This document shows, piece by piece, positions 49,858-59,807 of a stretch of DNA of 64,000 nt (its first letter is position 1; every line of letters starts with the position of its first letter). The notes beneath the pieces were generated by a model. It had not been told where the DNA came from. It worked only from the letters and a program-made list of their open reading frames with translations, and made no database searches. Source of the DNA: Ignavibacteriae bacterium HGW-Ignavibacteriae-1 (GTDB taxonomy: Bacteria; Bacteroidota; Ignavibacteria; Kapaibacteriales; UBA2268); NCBI GenBank assembly GCA_002839825.1, contig PGYU01000001.1, positions 462,698 through 526,697 on the forward strand, read 5' to 3'. The translations under genes and the position numbers were made by a program.

Positions 49858-50820
49858 ATGAAATTGTTGTCGAATTTGCTTATTTTAGTAAGATGTTCAA
49901 AATATGATTTGAGAAAAATGTCTTTCAAAAATAAAATTGCAGATTCAAACTCAGCTTTGCTCACACCTGTAAAGTTGTTTTATTACCGCTTTTTCAACAA
50001 ATACTACCAAGTAAACGATATAATTTCCCGCAGCCAAATTACCGATGACGGCAGTTTGAAAGTAACGCTGAAAAGTGGGATAATCTTAGAGTCTCCCCCA
50101 TCTCAGATTCCGGCTGAAATCAACTTCACCGAGCGTTACAACTACGGCACAAAATCAAAAATGGACAAAATCCTTGATGTCAACAAATACTACTTCCTAT
50201 ACGAAATACTCAGCGAGCTCTTCATCCACAGCGAGTACTTCACCTATTTCGACATCAACGAAGGCGACACTGTAATAGATGCCGGAGCAAACATCGGCGG
50301 ATTCACGGTCCAAGCGGCAAAAAAAGTCGGCTCCAAAGGCAAAGTAATCGCAATCGAACCCGACGAGCAAAACCGCATCACACTCCAACGAAATCTAGAC
50401 AACAACAATCTGCAAAATGTCGAAATCATACCATTAGCGCTATGGTCGGAAAAATGCACCAAAGAATTCCACATCAGCAACCGCCCTGGCGAGCACACCT
50501 TGATAGACTATGACAACGAATTATTCACCAACAAGCAAGTAGTCACAATCCACTGCGAAACATTAGACGAAATCATCGAACGACAAGGCTACGACAATGT
50601 CAGCTACCTAAAAATGGACATCGAAGGTGCAGAAATAGAAGCCATCAAAGGAGCGACAAAATTCCTCACCACCCAATCACCCAAACTACTCATCGAAGCC
50701 CTCCACGAAGTCAATGGCGAAGCAGCATTCAAATCCATAGTCCCACCCCTTCAATCCCTCGGCTACAAATTACTAAGAGAGGTGGATGGATATAGAGGCA
50801 CAATAATAGCAAGAAAATAA
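49858..50820 (+). CDS. FkbM-family SAM-dependent methyltransferase
   Basis: VIDAGANIGGFTVQAAKKVGSKGKVIAIEPDEQN is the FkbM-domain signature. From about 50040 onward the codon usage is strongly C-ending, unlike neighbouring genes. An alternative start is 49918. Confidence 0.7.
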   Translation: MKLLSNLLILVRCSKYDLRKMSFKNKIADSNSALLTPVKLFYYRFFNKYYQVNDIISRSQITDDGSLKVTLKSGIILESPPSQIPAEINFTERYNYGTKSKMDKILDVNKYYFLYEILSELFIHSEYFTYFDINEGDTVIDAGANIGGFTVQAAKKVGSKGKVIAIEPDEQNRITLQRNLDNNNLQNVEIIPLALWSEKCTKEFHISNRPGEHTLIDYDNELFTNKQVVTIHCETLDEIIERQGYDNVSYLKMDIEGAEIEAIKGATKFLTTQSPKLLIEALHEVNGEAAFKSIVPPLQSLGYKLLREVDGYRGTIIARK

Positions 50821-50897
50821 AAAAACACTTCAAATCTTTTGCTAATTGACATAATTTTCTTAAATTGGCACTAATTCATTAATCACTGGATAAAATT

Positions 50898-52160
50898 ATG
50901 AAAAATTTTCTGCTGCTCTTGATTTTGACTACTTTGATTATTTCTTGTGATAGCACTTCAGATTCTAATAATAATGATAGTCAATTTGGACGAATCAATG
51001 GTAAGGTGATTACAAAGAACCTTTATCCAATACAAGGAGCTGAAATTTATACAATTCCCCCTACTGAAGTATTGGTTTCGAAATCAAACGGAGAATTTAT
51101 TTTCGTTCAAGTGCCAATTGGATTATATAGAGTATATGCAAAAAAGGAAGGTTATTCACCAAAGTATGTTAACATTAGCATTTTGGGAAATAAAACCTCA
51201 GAAGCCACGATAGTCCTTGATAATTTTGATATTGACAATGATCCTCCAAATAAACCAATACTAATTTCTCCAACTGATGATATTACTTTAAACACACAAC
51301 CAACATTGGAGTGGAGGTGCACAGATCCGGAAAATGATATTTTGTTATATGATGTATATTTTGGTCTTTCAGCTAATAGTCTTCAAATTATCGAATCGGG
51401 TATTGATATAACTGAATATCAGCTATCCGGACTTAGTGCTAACACGAAATATTTTTGGAAAATTGGAGCTTTTGACGATTTTGGTGGTTATTCTGAAAGT
51501 GATTTGTGGAGTTTCAATTATAAAGAAATCGAGCCAACAAATGCTCTAATTTTGAATTTAAGTTTTGATAATAATGTCAACGATATGTCGAATTATGCTC
51601 ATTTTTGTCAACAAACTAACTTAACCTACACAAAAAACAGATTTGGGAATGATAATTCTGCTGCCTACCTCAATGGTTCAGCTTACGTTGAAGTTATCAA
51701 ATCTACATTCATGGATTTCACACAACCTTTTACAATTGCTTTGTGGATCAAACCGGATCCGGGCTATGGAAATACATTTGAAGGTGAAGTTGATTTAGTA
51801 AGTAGATACGGTACGACTACATCAAATATGTCAAGTTTTGCATTTTTATTAAAAAATGGTTACTTATCCTCAGAAGTATTCAAATCACAGAGTGGAAGAA
51901 GTTACTGCCCATCTGATGTTTTAATCCAAACAAATATCTGGACACACGTAACTCTTGTTTATAATGGAACGAGTCTAATATTATTTGCTAATGGCGTTGA
52001 AGTTGCCCAAAGCATAGTTCCTAAACCGGATTCATCAAATTTGAATTTATACATAGGAAAACGATCATTAAACAATAGAATCTTCAAGGGTGCAATTGAC
52101 GATGTGAAGGTTTATAACAAAGCACTAACCAAGGCAGAAATTTCGCAATTAGCAAAATAA
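50898..52160 (+). CDS. Lipoprotein with CarboxypepD_reg-like, fibronectin type III and LamG/concanavalin-A-like lectin domains
   Basis: Lipobox LIISCDS. INGKVITKN...GLYRVYAKKEGY (CarbopepD_reg). PPNKPILISPTDD...LEWRCTDPEND (FN3). The LamG tail ...GAIDDVKVYNKALTKAEISQLAK. Confidence 0.65.
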   Translation: MKNFLLLLILTTLIISCDSTSDSNNNDSQFGRINGKVITKNLYPIQGAEIYTIPPTEVLVSKSNGEFIFVQVPIGLYRVYAKKEGYSPKYVNISILGNKTSEATIVLDNFDIDNDPPNKPILISPTDDITLNTQPTLEWRCTDPENDILLYDVYFGLSANSLQIIESGIDITEYQLSGLSANTKYFWKIGAFDDFGGYSESDLWSFNYKEIEPTNALILNLSFDNNVNDMSNYAHFCQQTNLTYTKNRFGNDNSAAYLNGSAYVEVIKSTFMDFTQPFTIALWIKPDPGYGNTFEGEVDLVSRYGTTTSNMSSFAFLLKNGYLSSEVFKSQSGRSYCPSDVLIQTNIWTHVTLVYNGTSLILFANGVEVAQSIVPKPDSSNLNLYIGKRSLNNRIFKGAIDDVKVYNKALTKAEISQLAK

Positions 52161-52175
52161 TATATCGAGGCTCAT

Positions 52176-55100
52176 ATGAAAATTTTCATTTTTATCATTT
52201 TGATTTTTTTTGCTTCAATAATCCATTTGTTAAGCCAAAAAGAGACTACAAATTGGAATTTTGGTCAATATGGAGCCATTACATTCAATACTCATAATAA
52301 TGAACCTATTTTTGTCAATGGTTCAAAACTCGATTCATGGGAAGGTTGTGCTTCAATTTCAGATAAAAATGGAAATCTTTTGTTTTATACCAATGGGGTC
52401 ACCGTTTGGAACAAAAATAATATTGTGATGGATGGTGGAAGCGGTTTATTAGGACACTACTCTGCAACGCAATCATCAATAGCTTTTCGACGACCTTTAC
52501 ATGCAAATCAATATTATATTTTTACTGTTGATGCTGTAGAATCAAATAGTCGTGGGTTAAACATGTCTATTGTGGATATGAGTCAGAATGATGGTTTAGG
52601 TAAGGTCACCACCAAAAACATTAATATTCATCCTAAACCGATTGAACGGGTTTTGGCAATTCCACATGCAAATCGAAAGGACTTCTGGGTTATTGTTCAC
52701 ATATCTCAAACAACAAATTATTTAGCATATAAAGTTGATGAAAATGGAGTTGTAGGTGATCCGGTAATAAGTAATGGCATAAATACTGCCAATAGACCTA
52801 CCGGGCATACATTGAAGTCAACTATTGACGGCAAACGTATAGCATCAACTCACTCATTTGCCGGTGTCATCGAGTTGTTTGATTTTGATAATTATTCAGG
52901 TAAGATGACATTAACAAATAATTTACAACATCCATACTTCTCATGGCCCTATGGAGTTGAGTTTTCTCCAGATGGTAAATACTTATATGCTTCATTGTTT
53001 AAACCTTGTAGATTAATTCAGATGGATGTCTCAAAACAATCAGAACAAGAAATCCTTAATAGCATGATTATTTTAGCTGAGAACCAAACTGCAACATTTT
53101 ATTATGGTTCATTGCAGTTAGGAATCAATGGTAAAATCTATGTAGCTCAAGACGAAGATCAATATTTGGGCGTAATTAAAAAACCAAATGAACTTGGAAA
53201 GGACTGTGGTTTTGTTAGTAAAGGTTTGGCAATGCTGAATGGTGCATCCAGTAGATTAGGATTGCCAACATTTGTACAAAATTATATTGCACAAGTTAGT
53301 CATTGTGATCCTAAAGGCGATGAATTGGTTACCTATGGAGATTTTGAAAGCAAAGAAGTGTTCTTTTCAAGTAGTTTAAATGAAATCAGTTTAGATAATA
53401 TTAATGAATTTCAAAATCCCGGTTCATTTGCGATTACAAATGTGAATCCTATCAATCAAAATGACAGTTGTGTACAATTTGGAAAAGACAATAATTTTGT
53501 ATTTTGTCACACATTAACGGGTTTAAATGACGTAATAACGTATGAGACGACAGTCGAACCAAATTCTGAATATTTGTTTTCATTTGATTTTATCCCTGTA
53601 TCAGACAAATCATTCTCTAACCTATCTATTTTTATGAATGGCGTAGAAATTCAAAATCCCTTTTTACATGCTGAGGGTCCTTGCGTTTTAAAGAATTATG
53701 TATATGAATGGACTTCTGGCGCTAATCAAAATCTTCAAATCATAATTAGTGTCAATTCCGAATCTCCCGAAATTTTCGCTTTGGATAACATTTCATTGAG
53801 AAGCTGTGATTGTCCAACTTTACAACTTAAGAAATTGAGTCATGATCTATGTTATGGTGGAATAATTCAATTATTTGGATATAATGAAGATGTTTATTCC
53901 CATAGTTGGAAACCAAATATTGATATTGATGATATAACTGCACCAAACCCAAATGTTAAACCAAAGAAATCCACTGTTTATTCATTAACTTTGACTAACA
54001 AAATTACAGGTTGTGTTTATTATGATTCTGTTTGGGTAAATGTATTGCCAATTAAAGACATTGAAATTAGTGGGGACAATTATCTTTGCTCAGGTGATAG
54101 TACCGAAGTTTTCATTCAAGGGGATTTTGAAAATATAGAATGGTCAACAGGACAGTCTTCAAAAAGTATTATTATCAAATCGCCGGGAACCTATTTAGTA
54201 AAATGTTTTGATTCTAATGGCTGCGAATACAATGGAAGTATTGATGTATATTGGATTGATGTTCCTGATATTCAAATTATAGGACCCAATTCGGTTTGCA
54301 AAGATGAATCCTTTGAATTGGAAGTAGATTATAAAGATGCTAAACGATACTTGTGGTCGACAGGCGAAAGTACTCCCAAAATAACAAAATTAGTACCTGG
54401 TACCTATACTGTCGAAATTATATTGAGTGACGGATGTTCAACTACATTAACTAAGACCGTTAATGAAATAAGCCCTGCAAAGCTGGAACCTCAACATATT
54501 GATATAGGTGAAGTTTGCTTGCAGGAAATAAGTCAAATTGATAAAAGCATATTGAATTCGAATGATTTCAATGTTCTTATTGACAAGATTATTTTGAAAT
54601 CTGCTTTGATTGGTTTAACTCTTTCTTATGAGTCACCCTTGCCTTATAATTTAAAACCAAAAGGAAATTTTAAATTGAATTTTGAATATTCAACTATGGT
54701 TTATGACAATGTTTTAGTAGATACTTTATTAGTTATTTTAACAGAGCCATGTTATTCTGAAATTAGTATACCAATTACAGGCAAAATATCTGAAACGAAG
54801 TCAAAAGTTTGGATAGCTGATACAACTGTTATTGCCGGTGATTACATATGTATTCCAATTTATGCAACAATGTTTTGTGAAGAATTTATTACCGGTAAAT
54901 TTAAATATAGATTAATGTGTGACATGAGTAAATCTTTTTTCGAACCTGATTCAGTAGCTTCAGGGACAATGGTTGTTGATGACAAGCATCTCAGATATTA
55001 TATTATTGAAATTGAGGACACGGCGATCCTCGAAGAAAACAACAATATTGTAAATTATATTTGTGGAACTGTTTTATCCCCTGATTCATCAAAATATTCA

Positions 55101-55481
55101 GTTAATATAAGCGATTTCGAATGGTCTGATATTCAAACGGAAACTGATATAGACAATGGATTATTCGATGTTGATTATTGTGTTTATACTATCCGACAGC
55201 TAATTTCTATCAAACTTTCTTCAATTACATTAAAGCCAAATGTAACTGATGGTGCATTTGCCGCAAACATTGTTAGTTCCGAAGTTGGTAATTTCAATAT
55301 TATCATTACAAATTCGATTGGTAACGAAATATATAGAAGTTCTTGGGTCAGAAATTCTAAGTCTGAACCTGATGAAAATGAGATGTTGATTGACTTATCT
55401 GAATTTCCTTCGGGTGTTTATAACGTCATTATGATTTCACCTTGGAGTACTAACAGAGAGAAAGTGCTATTAGTTAAATAG
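52176..55481 (+). CDS. Giant T9SS cargo protein (paralog A): beta-propeller (YVTN-like) + CBM-like beta-sandwich + 3 Ig-like Cys repeats + cohesin-like domain + T9SS CTD
   Basis: Signal peptide. GVEFSPDGKYLYASLF propeller blades. WSTG[DQE][ST]T-containing ~75 aa repeats. The C-terminus FNIIITNSIGNEIYRSSW...GVYNVIMISPWSTNREKVLLVK. Confidence 0.7.
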   Translation: MKIFIFIILIFFASIIHLLSQKETTNWNFGQYGAITFNTHNNEPIFVNGSKLDSWEGCASISDKNGNLLFYTNGVTVWNKNNIVMDGGSGLLGHYSATQSSIAFRRPLHANQYYIFTVDAVESNSRGLNMSIVDMSQNDGLGKVTTKNINIHPKPIERVLAIPHANRKDFWVIVHISQTTNYLAYKVDENGVVGDPVISNGINTANRPTGHTLKSTIDGKRIASTHSFAGVIELFDFDNYSGKMTLTNNLQHPYFSWPYGVEFSPDGKYLYASLFKPCRLIQMDVSKQSEQEILNSMIILAENQTATFYYGSLQLGINGKIYVAQDEDQYLGVIKKPNELGKDCGFVSKGLAMLNGASSRLGLPTFVQNYIAQVSHCDPKGDELVTYGDFESKEVFFSSSLNEISLDNINEFQNPGSFAITNVNPINQNDSCVQFGKDNNFVFCHTLTGLNDVITYETTVEPNSEYLFSFDFIPVSDKSFSNLSIFMNGVEIQNPFLHAEGPCVLKNYVYEWTSGANQNLQIIISVNSESPEIFALDNISLRSCDCPTLQLKKLSHDLCYGGIIQLFGYNEDVYSHSWKPNIDIDDITAPNPNVKPKKSTVYSLTLTNKITGCVYYDSVWVNVLPIKDIEISGDNYLCSGDSTEVFIQGDFENIEWSTGQSSKSIIIKSPGTYLVKCFDSNGCEYNGSIDVYWIDVPDIQIIGPNSVCKDESFELEVDYKDAKRYLWSTGESTPKITKLVPGTYTVEIILSDGCSTTLTKTVNEISPAKLEPQHIDIGEVCLQEISQIDKSILNSNDFNVLIDKIILKSALIGLTLSYESPLPYNLKPKGNFKLNFEYSTMVYDNVLVDTLLVILTEPCYSEISIPITGKISETKSKVWIADTTVIAGDYICIPIYATMFCEEFITGKFKYRLMCDMSKSFFEPDSVASGTMVVDDKHLRYYIIEIEDTAILEENNNIVNYICGTVLSPDSSKYSVNISDFEWSDIQTETDIDNGLFDVDYCVYTIRQLISIKLSSITLKPNVTDGAFAANIVSSEVGNFNIIITNSIGNEIYRSSWVRNSKSEPDENEMLIDLSEFPSGVYNVIMISPWSTNREKVLLVK

Positions 55482-55606
55482 TGTGTTCTGAGCTTAAATT
55501 TGTAGAAAGATTGAATAGAATTTTGTATTCTTGAATTATATAAATTTTCTGTGATTCTTTAGAGTCACCAAATATGGAATTTTCTTAATTATGAATCGGA
55601 GTCTTT

Positions 55607-58600
55607 ATGAAAAAGCTCTTAGTTTTAATAGTGGGTCTAATAATAATACATCACTATGCTTTATGCCAAAAAGAAGCAAGTAACTGGAACTTTGGCAGAA
55701 ATGCAGCAATGACATTCAATACCCCTGATAAAGAACCTGTTTTTGTAAATGGGTCACAACTAAATTCATGGGAAGGGTGCGCAACAATATCAGATTCAGA
55801 AGGTAATTTACTATTCTATACCAACGGAGTCACTGTTTGGAATAAAAACAATGCCATTATGGATGGTGGTACAGGATTGCTTGGTGATAACTCAGCAACT
55901 CAATCTTCAGTCGCTTTTCAACATCCTACTCAGGCAAAAATGTATTATATTTTCACTGTCGGTTCAGTAGAGTCAAATACAAAAGGTTTTAATTATTCAT
56001 TTGTTGACATGAACGCAAATGGAGGATTAGGTAAAGTTATTACTAAAAATGTCAAAATTCATGATAAACCAATTGAAAGAATAGCTGTTATTCCACATGC
56101 GAACAAAAAAGCTTATTGGGTAATTGTCCATATCACAGGGACTACTGAATATTTAGCATACAAAGTTGATGAGTTTGGTGTAGCTACAGTACCGATTGTA
56201 AGTAATGGTACTCTTAAAAGTACTAAATTGACCGGACATACGCTAAAGGCATCTTTAGATGGTACAAGAATAGCCTCCACACATTCTTTTGCAAGCGTTA
56301 TCGAATTGTTTGATTTTGATGCTTTTTCAGGTAAAATGACTTTAACTCATAATCTATTGCACCCAAGTTTTACATGGCCATATGGAGTAGAATTTTCTCC
56401 GGACGGGAAACTTTTATATGCGTCTTTGTTTTTCACATGTCGTTTAGTCCAATTTGACGTTACTCTAAAAACAGCGGAACAAATATTAAATAGCATGGTA
56501 GTTTTAGGTGAAAACAAAAGCGCAACATTCTATTTTGGTACTATACAACTTGGTATAAATGGAAAAATTTATGTTGCACAAGACGACAATACGTATTTAG
56601 GGGTAATTAGTAAACCAAACCAAAAGGGAGAAGCTTGTGATTTTGTAGAGTATGGCTTTCGATTGTTATCCGGTTCTAGAAGTGGATTAGGATTACCATC
56701 TTTTGTACAGGCTTTTTTTGCTCCCAAAGAATATTGTGAACCCAAGGGAGATGACTTAATCATAAATGGAGATTTTGAAGTAAGTCCCTCCAATTTTACA
56801 TCTACATTAAGTTTGGTAGATGCTAATGCACAATTTCAAACACCTTCAACATATATTATAACAAAAGTGAATCCAATCAATACTAATGATCCATGCTCAC
56901 TCTATGGTACTATTAATAAATTCATGTTTGTACATACCAAAACTGGATTGAATGAAATAATGAAATTTGATTTGAAAGTTGAAAAGAACATAGAATATAT
57001 TCTCTCATTTGATTTTGTACCTATTGATGACAAAGTGTTTTCAAACTTAAGAATAGATATTGATGGTGAAGAAATTGCATCAGATTTTATTCATTCTGAT
57101 GGTTTGTGTCAATTAATAAATTATAAATTTACATGGAATTCTAAAGAAAAGGAAGATGTTGAATTAACATTCAAGATGATTTCATCATCCCCTGAAAAAT
57201 TTGCACTTGATAACATTTCATTTAGAAGTTGTGAATGTTCTAAAAGAGAATTTGAATCTTCAGAGCATCAAATCTGTTATGGTAAAAGTGTAAAATTAGA
57301 GGGAAATGACAATCAAAAATATATCCATAAATGGGAGCCCAATTTTTGGATTGATAATCCAAATTCACCTACACCTACAGTTTCTCCAACAAAAAGTACG
57401 ATTTACCTTTTAAAATTGACGGATAGAATAACTGGATGTGAATATTTTGATACAGTAAAGGTTGAAGTAATCCCGGCGGTTGAAATTGAAATTTTGGGAG
57501 ATAATCTTATCTGTGTGGGTGATAGTACAGAACTGTCAATTGAAGGAAATTTAAATTCTATCATTTGGAGTACGGGCGATACAACACTGAGTATTATAGT
57601 CTCAACTCCGGGTACCTATGAAGTATCAGGTATTGATTCAAATGGTTGTGAACATAAAGGACAAATTCAAGTTAAATTAATTGAATCTCCGGGTTTAGCA
57701 ATTCTCGGACCTGTATTGGTTTGTTTCGAAGAAGAATATGAATTAGAGGTTAATTTAGATGCTTTCGGATATTTATGGTCAACCGGTGATACCACTAAAA
57801 AGATAAAAAGAGTAGGTGCTGGATTTTTCACTGTCCTTGTAACAATTGAAGGTGGTTGTATTGTCGAATTATCTATTGATGTTGGTTTGAAGGAGGATGG
57901 AGAGGTTAGAATAAGAGGTCCTTTCGAGGTTTGTATTGAGGAAAATTTTGAACTTGAAGCCCTAATTTTGGCTGATAAATACATTTGGTCAACTGGTGAC
58001 TCAACAAAAATCATAAAACATAAAGGTCCCGGAGTTGTTAACTTAGAAGTCGTTACTAAAGACGGTTGTAGAAGTATAGGTTCATACGAAATTAAGTTAA
58101 AACCTGATGGTGCTCTAAATATAATTGGAAAAACCGAAGCATGTTTGAACGAGGATGTAACTTTGATGACTGATTTTGAAGGTGTAAAATATAATTGGTC
58201 AACAGGCGATACCACCAAACAGATTATTCACCGAGGTCCGGGAACTATAAGTGTCGAAGTAATAGATTCAAACGGATGCCGAAGTATTGGTTCGTTTGTA
58301 ATTGAACTTATCCCTGATGGAATTGTAGAAATTATCGGACCAAAGAGAGTTTGTATATATGAAGAGTTCGAACTGATTGCTGATATTGATGGAGAAAAGT
58401 ACATTTGGTCAACCGGTGATACCACCAAAAAGATAAAACACATTGGTCCAGGTAAAATAACTGTGGAAGTCATAACATCTGAAGGATGTGTAAGTAGAGG
58501 AGGAATTGAGATAGAATTGATTCCTGATGCCGATATAGATATTTTTGGTCCAACTTCAATTTGTGAAGGCGAAAATTCTATAATTTCCATATCCGGTAAT

Positions 58601-59746
58601 TTTCAAAAAATCACATGGAGCACCGGTGATACTACCGAAATTGTCACGATTACAAAAGGTGGTACTTACAACGTACAAGCTATTGATATTTACGGTTGTA
58701 GATGGATTGGTTCGATAAAAATAACTGAAATTCCAAAAATTCATTTTGAGGAAATGAAAATTGATTTAGGTGAATTATGTATTTTTGAAACCAATCAGTC
58801 TAATTATGAAATTGTAAATTCAAACGATTTTGCTTTTACAATCAGTAAAATAATGCTTCAAAATTCATCGAGCGGACAAATTGAACTTCAATATAATCAG
58901 TCATTGCCTTTGGTTTTAAACAATCTCCAAACTCTTGAATTCTCGTTGAAGTTCTCACCTTTAGTTTCGGCTGGTAAAATTTATGATACAATAACAGTTT
59001 TTATTTCCGAACCATGTTATACAGAATTCCGAATACCAATAACAGGAACTGTAATCAAAACGGAAACAAAGGTTTGGATAGCCGATACAACTGTTGCTGC
59101 CGGCGAATACATATGTATTCCAATTCATGCAACTATGTTTTGTGAAGAGTTCATTACAGGTGAATTCAAATATAGATTAGTGTGTGACCTGAGCAAATCT
59201 TTCTTCGAACCTGATTCAGTAGCTTCTGGGACAATGGTTGTTGATGACAAGAATCTCAGATATTATATAATTGAAATAGAGGACATCGCCATACTTGAAG
59301 AAAGTAACAATATTGTTAATTATATCTGTGGAACCGTATTATCTCCTGATTCAACAAAGTTTTCCGTTAATATAAACGATTTTGAATGGACTGGTTTTGA
59401 AACAGAAACTAAGATGGACAATGGCTTATTCGATGTGGAATATTGTGTTTATACAATCCGACAGCTAATTTATATCAAACTTACTTCAATTACTTTAAAG
59501 CCAAATGTAACGGAAGGTGCTTTTACTGCAAACGTTGTTAGTTCCGAAGTTGGAAATTTCAATATTATCATTACTAATTCTATTGGAAACGAAGTTTATA
59601 GACGTTCTTGGGTCAGAAATTCCAAGTCTGAACCTGAAGAAAATGAAATGTTGATTGACTTATCCGAATATCCATCCGGCATTTACAACGTTATTATGAT
59701 TTCGCCGTGGAGTACTAAGACGGAGAAAGTGATGTTAGTAAAATAG
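55607..59746 (+). CDS. Giant T9SS cargo protein (paralog B): same architecture with about 7-8 Ig-like Cys repeats
   Basis: The N-terminal ~380 aa and C-terminal ~240 aa are highly similar to paralog A. The tandem repeats have motif G..C.....L......Y.WSTGDTT..I....PG.Y.V.V....GC. The T9SS CTD is ...GIYNVIMISPWSTKTEKVMLVK. Confidence 0.7.
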   Translation: MKKLLVLIVGLIIIHHYALCQKEASNWNFGRNAAMTFNTPDKEPVFVNGSQLNSWEGCATISDSEGNLLFYTNGVTVWNKNNAIMDGGTGLLGDNSATQSSVAFQHPTQAKMYYIFTVGSVESNTKGFNYSFVDMNANGGLGKVITKNVKIHDKPIERIAVIPHANKKAYWVIVHITGTTEYLAYKVDEFGVATVPIVSNGTLKSTKLTGHTLKASLDGTRIASTHSFASVIELFDFDAFSGKMTLTHNLLHPSFTWPYGVEFSPDGKLLYASLFFTCRLVQFDVTLKTAEQILNSMVVLGENKSATFYFGTIQLGINGKIYVAQDDNTYLGVISKPNQKGEACDFVEYGFRLLSGSRSGLGLPSFVQAFFAPKEYCEPKGDDLIINGDFEVSPSNFTSTLSLVDANAQFQTPSTYIITKVNPINTNDPCSLYGTINKFMFVHTKTGLNEIMKFDLKVEKNIEYILSFDFVPIDDKVFSNLRIDIDGEEIASDFIHSDGLCQLINYKFTWNSKEKEDVELTFKMISSSPEKFALDNISFRSCECSKREFESSEHQICYGKSVKLEGNDNQKYIHKWEPNFWIDNPNSPTPTVSPTKSTIYLLKLTDRITGCEYFDTVKVEVIPAVEIEILGDNLICVGDSTELSIEGNLNSIIWSTGDTTLSIIVSTPGTYEVSGIDSNGCEHKGQIQVKLIESPGLAILGPVLVCFEEEYELEVNLDAFGYLWSTGDTTKKIKRVGAGFFTVLVTIEGGCIVELSIDVGLKEDGEVRIRGPFEVCIEENFELEALILADKYIWSTGDSTKIIKHKGPGVVNLEVVTKDGCRSIGSYEIKLKPDGALNIIGKTEACLNEDVTLMTDFEGVKYNWSTGDTTKQIIHRGPGTISVEVIDSNGCRSIGSFVIELIPDGIVEIIGPKRVCIYEEFELIADIDGEKYIWSTGDTTKKIKHIGPGKITVEVITSEGCVSRGGIEIELIPDADIDIFGPTSICEGENSIISISGNFQKITWSTGDTTEIVTITKGGTYNVQAIDIYGCRWIGSIKITEIPKIHFEEMKIDLGELCIFETNQSNYEIVNSNDFAFTISKIMLQNSSSGQIELQYNQSLPLVLNNLQTLEFSLKFSPLVSAGKIYDTITVFISEPCYTEFRIPITGTVIKTETKVWIADTTVAAGEYICIPIHATMFCEEFITGEFKYRLVCDLSKSFFEPDSVASGTMVVDDKNLRYYIIEIEDIAILEESNNIVNYICGTVLSPDSTKFSVNINDFEWTGFETETKMDNGLFDVEYCVYTIRQLIYIKLTSITLKPNVTEGAFTANVVSSEVGNFNIIITNSIGNEVYRRSWVRNSKSEPEENEMLIDLSEYPSGIYNVIMISPWSTKTEKVMLVK

Positions 59747-59773
59747 TGGGTTTTGAGCATAAAATTAAGAGAA

Positions 59774-59807
59774 AGATTGATTGATAGTCAATCTTTTTCT
59801 TTTTTTT
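59774..59807 (+). terminator. Rho-independent terminator after paralog B
   Basis: agattga-ttgatag-tcaatct followed by a T-rich run. Confidence 0.6.

Noticed and set aside
48759-52160. WYL regulator as the marker of a known anti-phage system (BREX, CBASS, CRISPR)
   Set aside because: None of the hallmark genes (pglX/brxC, cyclase/effector, cas) is adjacent. The neighbours are a small-molecule-type methyltransferase and surface proteins, so only a generic regulated-module hypothesis is retained.
57667-58590. Minus-strand ORFs of 183 aa and 120 aa inside giant paralog B
   Set aside because: These are antisense shadow ORFs within a long, well-supported plus-strand gene. Their Ser/Pro/Thr-rich translation is typical of reverse-frame artefacts.
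57270-58740. Periodic ~225 bp repetition that could be mistaken for a CRISPR or satellite array
   Set aside because: The repeats are in-frame protein-domain repeats (Ig-like, WSTGDTT motif) and are divergent at the DNA level. There is no short identical repeat or spacer structure.
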